Of a stretch of 64,000 nucleotides of DNA, positions 41,549 through 50,600 are shown one piece after another. This DNA is from an uncultured Spirochaetia bacterium. Its GTDB lineage: Bacteria > Spirochaetota > JAHITG01 > CAZBCL01. Every line of letters starts with the position of its first letter. The stretch's first letter is position 1. The stretch lies in assembly GCA_964490645.1 (NCBI GenBank), contig CAZBCL010000002.1, forward strand, positions 191,445 through 255,444, written 5' to 3'. The notes beneath the pieces are model-generated. The model saw nothing but the letters and a program-made list of their open reading frames with translations, did not search any database and was not told where the DNA came from. A program made the translations under genes and the position numbers.

Positions 41549-42007
41549 ATGAGCAATCTCGCAAAAACAAATATACTTGTACACAATCTATACTTTCGTT
41601 TAATGACGCTGGAACGTGAAATGTCAATGAATCCGCGATTTGAAGGACTTCGTGTTGAAGAAATTCACGCCATTACCCTGATCGTAAATCATGGAAAACC
41701 AATGCGTTTTTCTGATCTGGTAAAAACACTTGCATTGTCAAAAGGTCCGGTCAGTCTGCTGATTAAACGATTAGTTCAGAAAGAATACCTTTGGAAAGAT
41801 AAATCGCGTGATGACGGGCGCGGTGTTGTATTCGGAGCAACCGTACGCGGACATGCAATTGCCCGTATACATAATCAAGTACATTTAGCTGCATTGCAAA
41901 TTTTATTAGGCGGACTAAATGAAACTGAATTGAATTCTTTCTCAGCACTATTAGAAAAATTAGCGATTGAAGATTTAATACGAAATATTCCGATTCCGAT
42001 TGCATAA
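41549..42007 (+). CDS. MarR family transcriptional regulator
   Basis: Winged HTH pattern SDLVKTLALSKGPVSLLIKRLVQKEYL, then DDGR...T.RG. Confidence 0.88.
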   Translation: MSNLAKTNILVHNLYFRLMTLEREMSMNPRFEGLRVEEIHAITLIVNHGKPMRFSDLVKTLALSKGPVSLLIKRLVQKEYLWKDKSRDDGRGVVFGATVRGHAIARIHNQVHLAALQILLGGLNETELNSFSALLEKLAIEDLIRNIPIPIA

Positions 42008-42052
42008 AATACTTCTTCACCTCAGCGTTACGTATAGTACTGTTCAATGCAA

Positions 42053-43156
42053 TTATTGCCGTGAAGATTCCTGCATTTTTGTTATTTCTATACGAGAGCG
42101 CGGCAGACAATCCGCATGGTATTTCTGAATATACGTCAACAATTCTTCTCGTACCAAACAGCGAAGATCCCATAATTTTGAAGAGTTCTCAGCACTCATT
42201 AATGCCCGTAATTCAACCGTTTCTTCTTTTAAATTAGTAACGACTAAACCGCATACCTGTGTATCCCATAAATCCGTTTTCTCAAGAATACTGCGTAATT
42301 GTTTTCGTAGTATATCGACCGGAACACGATAATCTGCATACACATATACCGTACCAAGTAAATTTGCAGATGAACGTGTCCAATTTTGAATAGGGTTTTC
42401 TATAACATAAGTAATCGGAACAACGAGTCGCCGTAAATCCCAAATACGTACAACTAAATAGGTAAGAGTAATTTCTTCGATACGCCCCCACTCACCTTCA
42501 ATAATAACAACATCATCAATCTTAACCGGCTGCGTTAATGCTATTTGAATACCTGCAAGTACCATCGCAATAGTTTTCTGTGCAGCAAACCCGATGATAA
42601 TACCAATAACCCCTGCTGATGCTAATAACCCCACTCCAATTTGCCGAATGGTCTCAAAAGTCATAAGAATTGCCGCTGCAGAAACAATGATTATACTCAC
42701 GCCAACGATTCGCTGAATAATAGTAACCTGAGTAATGATTGTACGTGCTTTTAAATTATCCTGTACTGAAATATCATACCGCTGCATCATGAGTGAAACG
42801 ATACCATGTATAATCCGCAGCAATAACCAGGCTATAAAGACAATGATCGTAATAACCATTACATGCCGCAGAACAGGTATTATACTATCGGGAACACCCA
42901 TTGTTTGAAGAAGAATCAGCACTGTTAATACGGGAAGCAGAAACAATGCCGGTGAACGAACTTTTCTGACAATTTCTTCAAGTGCCGGTTTGTTCGTACG
43001 TCGTGCATATCCAATGAGCAAGCCAAACAGCAGCAATAGCAAAAGAATACCGGTAATCAATGCTGCCGATAGAATTATAATCGGAACGACCGCATCGCTG
43101 AATTTACTGAAAAACAATCCAACATCCTGTATCTCAGGCGTAAGTATATTAGTCAT
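42053..43156 (-). CDS. mscS: Small-conductance mechanosensitive channel
   Basis: LLASAGVIGIIIGFAAQKTI, GIQIALTQPVKIDD and GRIEEITLTY. Confidence 0.92.
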   Translation of the reverse strand: MTNILTPEIQDVGLFFSKFSDAVVPIIILSAALITGILLLLLLFGLLIGYARRTNKPALEEIVRKVRSPALFLLPVLTVLILLQTMGVPDSIIPVLRHVMVITIIVFIAWLLLRIIHGIVSLMMQRYDISVQDNLKARTIITQVTIIQRIVGVSIIIVSAAAILMTFETIRQIGVGLLASAGVIGIIIGFAAQKTIAMVLAGIQIALTQPVKIDDVVIIEGEWGRIEEITLTYLVVRIWDLRRLVVPITYVIENPIQNWTRSSANLLGTVYVYADYRVPVDILRKQLRSILEKTDLWDTQVCGLVVTNLKEETVELRALMSAENSSKLWDLRCLVREELLTYIQKYHADCLPRSRIEITKMQESSRQ

Positions 43157-43497
43157 ATAAACACTCCGTTATTAGTATGCATAGTATACTATTGGAACTC
43201 TCCCGAATGCAACCATGTTCTTGCCGATCATCTCATGAGAGAAGATCACTGCCTTTGATTATTACTATACAATATTAAACATTCGTTGCACCGTATAGAC
43301 GATGTACTATGATACAACAAGAGCGGCGCGGAGCACCATTTTATGTACGTATTATGTAATAAATAGCATTGTCTTTCCTGCGAACATTGTATCATCCCGT
43401 TACAGCAATATACTGTATCTGCAGCCATCAAATATAAAAACAACTTTACAAAACGCCTGCCCCTGCATATAGTACTCCGGTAGGAGAAATACATCGT

Positions 43498-44493
43498 ATG
43501 ACATCCGTCCACGCATCACAAAATACTGCTCTTGATTTTATTCACAGTGCTCAAGAACCTTGGGTGCGTCTTGCAACAGCGTTGTGGCTGGATAGAAAAT
43601 CCCCACAATCAAAAACGATTCAACATTTAAAACAGGAAACCGTTGCTCATCCGTTAATTAAAAGTATTATTAAGGAATGTAAACAATGGCCCGGAAATCC
43701 TATAAAATCACATAAAGATGCAAAACTTATCATTCATAAAATAAATATTCTTGCTGATATCGGACTTACGAAAACCGATAACGGTATATCTGAAATCGCA
43801 GAAAAACTCATGGCACATCGCAGTGATGACAATGCATTCCTCTCACGAATACTATTGCCATCAGTATTCGGCGGTGATGATAAACCCCATTGGAACTGGA
43901 TACTCTGTGATTTCCCGCTCATTATTGCCGCATTGTGCCGATTCGGTTATCACAAAGATAAACGGGTTACTGCAACGGTACGAAAGTTAATCTCATTAAT
44001 TGATCGCACCGGCTGGTTATGCAGCAGTTCTCTTCTAAAGTTCAAAGGTCCGGGAAGACGCACTGACCCCTGTCCGTATGCAACACTGGCAGCACTCAAA
44101 GCGCTCGCGCATGCATCGAAAACTGCAGCAGCAGATACTGCCATCCAATCAGGGACTGACATGCTGCTGCATTTCTGGAAAATCCGGACAGAAAAAAAAT
44201 ATTACCTATTCGGCATTGGTACGGATTTTATGAAACTTAAGTATCCGATGATATGGTTTGATATTCTGCATGTTGTTGATACACTTTCGTATTTTCCGGC
44301 AGTACGAACGAAACGGGCATTTAAAGATATGTTGAAAATACTTATTCAAAAAAAAGATCCCCGCGGACTCTATACGCCCGAATCAGTCTGGATGGCGTAT
44401 AAAGGTTATGATTTTTCTCAGAAAAAAAATCCAAGCGCCACACTAACGGCAGCTGTTTTAATAATACAAAAACGGCTTGGAATACTACAATAA
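43498..44493 (+). CDS. Conserved hypothetical protein, probable alpha/alpha-toroid (prenyltransferase/squalene-cyclase-like) fold
   Basis: GW.C, DPCPYAT and FMKLKYPMIWFDILHVVDTL resemble this uncharacterised family. Promoter TTTACA-17-TATAGT (43445..43473) and an AGGAG SD. Confidence 0.6.
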   Translation: MTSVHASQNTALDFIHSAQEPWVRLATALWLDRKSPQSKTIQHLKQETVAHPLIKSIIKECKQWPGNPIKSHKDAKLIIHKINILADIGLTKTDNGISEIAEKLMAHRSDDNAFLSRILLPSVFGGDDKPHWNWILCDFPLIIAALCRFGYHKDKRVTATVRKLISLIDRTGWLCSSSLLKFKGPGRRTDPCPYATLAALKALAHASKTAAADTAIQSGTDMLLHFWKIRTEKKYYLFGIGTDFMKLKYPMIWFDILHVVDTLSYFPAVRTKRAFKDMLKILIQKKDPRGLYTPESVWMAYKGYDFSQKKNPSATLTAAVLIIQKRLGILQ

Positions 44494-44498
44494 AGGTA

Positions 44499-44526
44499 TT
44501 GAATTTTGTGTATACCTATATACATT
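44499..44526 (+). promoter_or_regulatory. Sigma70-type promoter, near-leaderless geometry
   Basis: TTGAAT-16-TACATT, 9 nt before ATG 44536; no SD. Confidence 0.45.
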
Positions 44527-44535
44527 TAAGATATT

Positions 44536-45414
44536 ATGGCAGCTAAAGTATTACTGGTAGATTCAATTGCATATAATCGCAAACAATTTGCACATATACT
44601 TACCGTAAATAATTATTCGGTTAAAGAAACGACAAATACGACCGATGCACTCTTAAAATTGCAATTCTATCATCCCGATATTATTCTCATCGGCAGTGCA
44701 CTCATACAGCAAACAAACAGTGACCTTGATACTATATTAAACCTTGGAAAAGAAAAAACACACATTATCGTTCATAATTTATACCGTGATGAAGAAGGAG
44801 AGCACTATGAAGCACAACTCCGCCGTCGTGGTGTAAGCGGTTTTGTTTATTCACCTATTAATGCACAAGATCTGTTAAACGTCATTCAACTTGATTTCAG
44901 CGACACTGATCATGATACCCCTAACCCATCATCACGAACGATCACTCCCGCAATGATTGAAGCTTTTACTGTTAAAACGGTACACGATATTTCAAAAACA
45001 CTCGACTCTGATATTATACAAGGAAAACTTGTCAAAATGGAAGCCGCTTTTACGACAATGGGAGTTGCCGCTGTTATTGATTATTATTACAAGAAGCAAA
45101 ACGGCTCTATTATGATAGATATGACACCGGAAACCGCTCTTTTCATTGCCGGGAAAATCCTTAATACCATACCGGATACTATTACCGATGATGTTAAAAA
45201 AGCAATTAAGTCTCTTACAAAATCTTTTACCGCCGAATCGGTTCGGAAGCTCACTGATGCACAAGATGAGGATAATGTTGTTGTATCCGTTCCGAAAATA
45301 TATACCGCAAACATTATGAAAGAAGTACAACAAAATCAGGAAATATATATGTGTCCGCTTGGTATTGACGGATCTATTATCAATCTATCTTTTTTTATAC
45401 AAAGTATTGAATAG
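44536..45414 (+). CDS. Pseudo-receiver domain fused to a CheX-like domain
   Basis: Receiver-fold pattern (KVLLVD...HPDIILIG...GFVYSP) plus a CheX-like C-terminus (GSIMIDMTPETALFIAGKIL...VSVPKIY). Confidence 0.75.
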   Translation: MAAKVLLVDSIAYNRKQFAHILTVNNYSVKETTNTTDALLKLQFYHPDIILIGSALIQQTNSDLDTILNLGKEKTHIIVHNLYRDEEGEHYEAQLRRRGVSGFVYSPINAQDLLNVIQLDFSDTDHDTPNPSSRTITPAMIEAFTVKTVHDISKTLDSDIIQGKLVKMEAAFTTMGVAAVIDYYYKKQNGSIMIDMTPETALFIAGKILNTIPDTITDDVKKAIKSLTKSFTAESVRKLTDAQDEDNVVVSVPKIYTANIMKEVQQNQEIYMCPLGIDGSIINLSFFIQSIE

Positions 45415-45566
45415 CCCCGCTCCCTGATAGTATCGTATACTGAAAGACACAGCACTGCGGTATTATATAATAAACGCTTAAAACACTTATTCAGTATACC
45501 GGCATTGTTTATTACAATCCGTTATAGTATTAATATGCGTATTGTATCACTGTTGAAAAACACTGA

Positions 45567-45830
45567 TTATTCCACCGGAGCTTTCCACTGAAGACATAAC
45601 AAGCGTTTTTGCATGCGAGATATTTTTTTTATTGCCGCTTCCCGCTGCAATGCCGCACTTCGGTTTTCACAATCTTCACGATAAACCAAGGAAACCGGAA
45701 GCCGCCCGCGCGTATAGCGCGCTCCTGTACCGGCATTATGGGTTTTCACCCGTTGCTGCACATTCTTTGCAATGCCGGTATATAATGAACCATCACTGCA
45801 TTGAACGATATATACTGAATACATATGCAT
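45567..45830 (-). CDS. GIY-YIG nuclease family protein (UPF0213/YazA-like)
   Basis: VYIVQCSDGSLYTGI, H...GARYTRGRLPV and ALQREAAIKK. Confidence 0.92.
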   Translation of the reverse strand: MHMYSVYIVQCSDGSLYTGIAKNVQQRVKTHNAGTGARYTRGRLPVSLVYREDCENRSAALQREAAIKKISRMQKRLLCLQWKAPVE

Positions 45831-46207
45831 ATTGTAATAACTGCAATCACAATATGCAATCATATTCCCGAAAAACGTATACCACACGAACAGCATACAA
45901 TAACCGCAGTAATCATCTGTTGTGTACATTTAAAAACAAGAGAATCCTATCATCAAAATTGTTCCATCAATTTTTGAAGGTATACCGTATAAACGTATTA
46001 ATACCGCTTATATCTATTTTTTACACGACAAACGCCTACTCTGATATTGACAATCATTGAGCAGTATGATATGTACGGCATGATATTTGGGGTTAAAAGG
46101 GCGTGTCAACGCGGGTATCAGAATACTATATCATCATCTGAACGAACTGTATATGAAATACAAAGTATACAGTACAACAGCAGAGGGAAATAATCGGAGG
46201 GAATACT

Positions 46208-47239
46208 ATGCCCGCAAAACGTACTATTTTAATGCGTATTAATAATCTTACCGACTGTATTAATATGAACGGAATTAGTAAGGAAGATCTTTATTCTCGT
46301 GAAGGAACATTGCTGATATCAAAGCATAAGCCTGTTCCGCGAAAAGTATTTACAATGCCGATTTATGTATTTCGTGATATTGCATACGATACCATCAACG
46401 TTCCTGATACCGGTATTCGCAACAACCAATGTGATGAGCGTGATCTCTGGATTGCTAAAGTACGTGATCGTATCGGCGGTAATACCGTTGACAGCATTGA
46501 CTCGGCAACAAATGACATTATTGCCATTCATGCCAATGAACACCTCAATGCTGCAAAAATAAAACATACCCATGAAATTATTACCGAATTTTATCAAAAA
46601 GACCGCTATAAAGTATACAGTGCTATTCAGCTTATGCGCACTGCAAACAGTTATTTATATCATCATAGTTTCGCCTGTTATTTATTATTTGCACAGGCAC
46701 TGCACGATTTCAGAAAATATATTGATAAAGATACTTTTTGGAATGCATTTAAAAATAGCTACGACAGCGTTAGTTTTAATCCAATCAGTATAAAAAAATA
46801 CGCTATTGGCGTCGTCCTGCATGATTTCGGTAAAACAATGGTTGATCAAAAAACCCTTAATAAGCGAGGTCCGCTCACCATGAATGAATATGCCGAAATA
46901 ATGCGGCATCCCGCTCTTGGCGTTAAAGCACTGCGGCATATCAATATTAATAATTACGAAATTCTTGAAATAGTCGGCAATCATCATGCCCATCATAAAG
47001 TCTATTCAAATCAATTCCAAAGCCCGCTGGCGGTTATTTGCAATATTGTTGATATTTATGATGCTTGCCGATCTCCCTGCTGTTATCATAAAGCACTGAG
47101 TATTGAAAAAACAAAAGAAATTCTTGAACAGGAGTTCCGGCAAAATAAATGGAATCCGTTTATCTATACAACCCTTATGAAAGAAACATTCCCGGCTTTT
47201 GAAAAAAGCCTTGCTCTCTATGCAACAAGCCTGAACTAA
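46208..47239 (+). CDS. HD-GYP-like phosphohydrolase, degenerate (no GYP motif)
   Basis: HHS, LHDFGK, MRHP..G, NHH and VDIYDA present; HHExxDGxGYP is replaced by HHAHHKVYS. Confidence 0.8.
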   Translation: MPAKRTILMRINNLTDCINMNGISKEDLYSREGTLLISKHKPVPRKVFTMPIYVFRDIAYDTINVPDTGIRNNQCDERDLWIAKVRDRIGGNTVDSIDSATNDIIAIHANEHLNAAKIKHTHEIITEFYQKDRYKVYSAIQLMRTANSYLYHHSFACYLLFAQALHDFRKYIDKDTFWNAFKNSYDSVSFNPISIKKYAIGVVLHDFGKTMVDQKTLNKRGPLTMNEYAEIMRHPALGVKALRHININNYEILEIVGNHHAHHKVYSNQFQSPLAVICNIVDIYDACRSPCCYHKALSIEKTKEILEQEFRQNKWNPFIYTTLMKETFPAFEKSLALYATSLN

Positions 47240-47664
47240 TATACCGATACCTGCATACAAGCAGTGCTTTGCCGCCATTAATTGTTATTAACATAATCCG
47301 CATTACAGTATTATGCCGGCAATCCTACTGGTATAGACATAGTATCACTCCCCTGTCATTTCGTTTTATCTAATTACATATATAGTATTTATTATAAAAT
47401 CCCCGTATACACCCGTATGCATCAGAACAACGATAATGCTCGTATCATGAAGCATTCTTATTTGCATGTTTTTAATCCTCAATAAACAAATAATTCATTT
47501 TCGGTACAAACATTAATTAACCTGTTGAAGCAGCTGCAAACTCTTAAAGTATTTTAATTCACGAAAAGGAGCGTCCTGATATTTCTCTTTTACCGCCAGG
47601 GTAATAATGTTATAATAGAGTCTTAATTGAATATATTGTATTGAACCCCTTGGAGGCAGTATAT

Positions 47665-50600
47665 ATGAAACCCGTATTATATCGTATTTCGTATGCAATA
47701 CTTTGTATTGTCATTATTTTTTCTATTCCCCTGACATATGCTCAGCTGATGCAGGATGCCGAACCGGTACAAGGACCGATTAGTATTGTAGAGGTTACAC
47801 CGAAAGGACAAACTTCCTACTTCTATGAGTATTCATACATTAGCGTTACCTTCAATCAGCCAATGGTATCATTGGAAGCACGTCATGATAAACAGGAATC
47901 AGGACCGCTGACATTTGATCCGCCGATTGCCGGAAAATACCTGTGGCAGGGTGATCGCACACTTATTTTCTATCCTGAAGAAAAATTTATTGAAAGTCAA
48001 ACCTATACCTGTACGATTCCAAAAAAAACACGTTCAGAAGTAACAAGAAAAAAACTTAAAAAACCTTATTCATGGAAATTTAATACCCCCCGAATACAAA
48101 TAGTGAGTGTTTCTCCGAATCAAAATGCAATAAATCAGGATATCGATCAAAACATTAGTATTAGCTTCAATCAACCGGTCTATGCCAGCGTTGTAAAAGC
48201 ATATGCCCATATTCGATGTAATAACAAAACCATAGAATTCACGATTATTCCCGATAAACATCAGGCAGAAAAAGGACAAAACGCCATCACCTCCTTTACA
48301 TTAATACCGCATACCCCATATGCAAAAGATGCAATGGTTCGCTTTGATATTAATGCCGGTTTACGTGGTGTAGAAGGCAACCTTGCCCTGAAAAAAACAT
48401 TTTCCCGTATTTTTCATACATTCGGACCATTTGTTTTTTTAACAAAGGACATATCGATAGACAGTGATGAGTCCACACAAGGAATAACGCTGCGCTTCTC
48501 AACACCGATATGCCGAAGCAATCTCGCCTCTGCAATAAAACTCTCTGTTATAAAAGAAGGGTTCGGACCGAATATGACGAATGCACGAAAACGTGCGTGT
48601 GCAAGACTTGCTGAATCACAATGGTCATCATTATCTCCCTGGGTTGATCTCTATTTACTGCCATTAGGAAAATATAAACTTACGATTACCGCATGCACGG
48701 ATGTATTTGGTCAGCCGCTTCAAAGATCTGATGAAAAAAACACTATTACTATTACCGTTGCATCACGCACCCCGTATATACACTATCCAACCGGATACAT
48801 CGTTATTGAAGCATACGAACAGCGCGTTCTTCCGATACGCTCTATTAATTATGACAATATGGTCGTGTCCGCTCAGTCACTCACTAAAAGGGCAGTTGCA
48901 CAATACTTTCATTTCTACCAAAATCATTATCAAGGAATGAATGCTTATTTTACATGTCCCAAACAAAACCCTATATTAATTCAATATACACTTCCGCTGG
49001 AGCATATGCCCGAACAATGGAGTTTATCCCCCCTTCATCTCGATGCTATTTTATCTAATCAAAAACCACATGCGGTTGGAAAAAATAATGAACGCTTTGG
49101 CACACTCTATCTGCAGTATAAGAACTATGACCGCTCTGATGATGCGTTCGTCCAAATAACATCGCTGGGGCTGACCGGACGATTCTCACCATGGAATAAT
49201 CGTATTCTGGTAACTTCCCTTAAAACAGCCGCTCCGCTTTCAGGAATACACGTCAGTATGACTGATCCGCACGGAAAGGTTCTCTCAGAAACCACTACCG
49301 ATTCGGAAGGTATTGCAGCATTTCCGAGTGTTATGACACTTCCCACGCAGAAGACAAAAAGTATTACCAATAATGCTTTTCTCTTTTTTGCTGAACACGG
49401 CAATGATATGGCATTTATTGCAACAGGGATGACGACCGGTATTGAACCATGGCGCTATGGTATTTATTATGATGATTATTACGATGAGAGCGATCCTGAT
49501 GATTGTTATACTGATTATGAGTACTATGATGATTATTATTATGATGATGACGGCAATAGTATTCACTGGCGACCATATTCTTTTAATAATTATCTTCCGT
49601 CATATTGCTTCACCGAACGAGGTCTGTATCGTTCGGGAGATACTGTGCACTGCACCGGTTTAGTAAGAAATGTTTTTAGCGGCACTCCGGAATATCCGCT
49701 TCGCAGTTTGCCATTAGATATAAACGTTGAAACGCCGGTCGGAAAAACATTAACCAATTTTATCGCTATTGCTGATAATCGCGGATACTATCATTTCGAC
49801 ATTCATACTGAAAATACAGCTGCACGCGGAAAGTACACTATATATGTATCATTAAACAATAACCCCTATACCAATATCTGTACGTATCTATCCACATCAG
49901 CATCATTCCGCATTGAAGATTTTCGCGAAGCACGTATGGAAGCATCGCTCAGCGTTACGAAAGGTGATATTCGGTATGGAGACTCCTTTACCGCACTATT
50001 AAAGGGCAGTACCTTTTCCGGCACCGGATTAGAAGGAAGTCCCATAGATTTTTCTGCTCAGGCAGTGCCAATTAATTATCGTCCTCCCGGAGAATACTGC
50101 CGGCCATTCTCATTTGATTCTCCTGATTCATATACAAAAAAACCATTAATAATGAAATCCGATTCACTCGGAAAAGGCAGTCTCTATTCACAAAAAATTA
50201 ATGTTCACTGGTCCGGTGAAGCATATACTGCACGTATTGATATTATTGGCACTATCTATGGGGATGATGAAGAACAGAAAAGTGCGGTTACTCGGGTAAT
50301 TGCACATGCTGCTGATGCATATCCGGGCATTGCGCTTTCCGATACCTATGCTTCCGTGAATCATCCTATTAACATTGCCGTTGTTGCCGCCGATAAAGAC
50401 GGTCATTGGACAGCCGGAAGCAATGCAAAAGTTACTATCGTTCGGGAATGGCAAAACTGCGTTCAATCGCGTGACTTGCATAGCCGACTGCGCTGGAATT
50501 GCAACGAAGAATCAGAAACAGTGTATTCAGAAACAATACAGATCGGAAAAAAAACTGACCGCAAATGGATTAAACACCTTATTTTTCCAACACCCCTCCC

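Noticed and set aside
45567-45830. GIY-YIG gene as a homing endonuclease or mobile element
   Set aside because: It is a short standalone UPF0213/YazA-type housekeeping protein with no intron, intein or terminal repeats.
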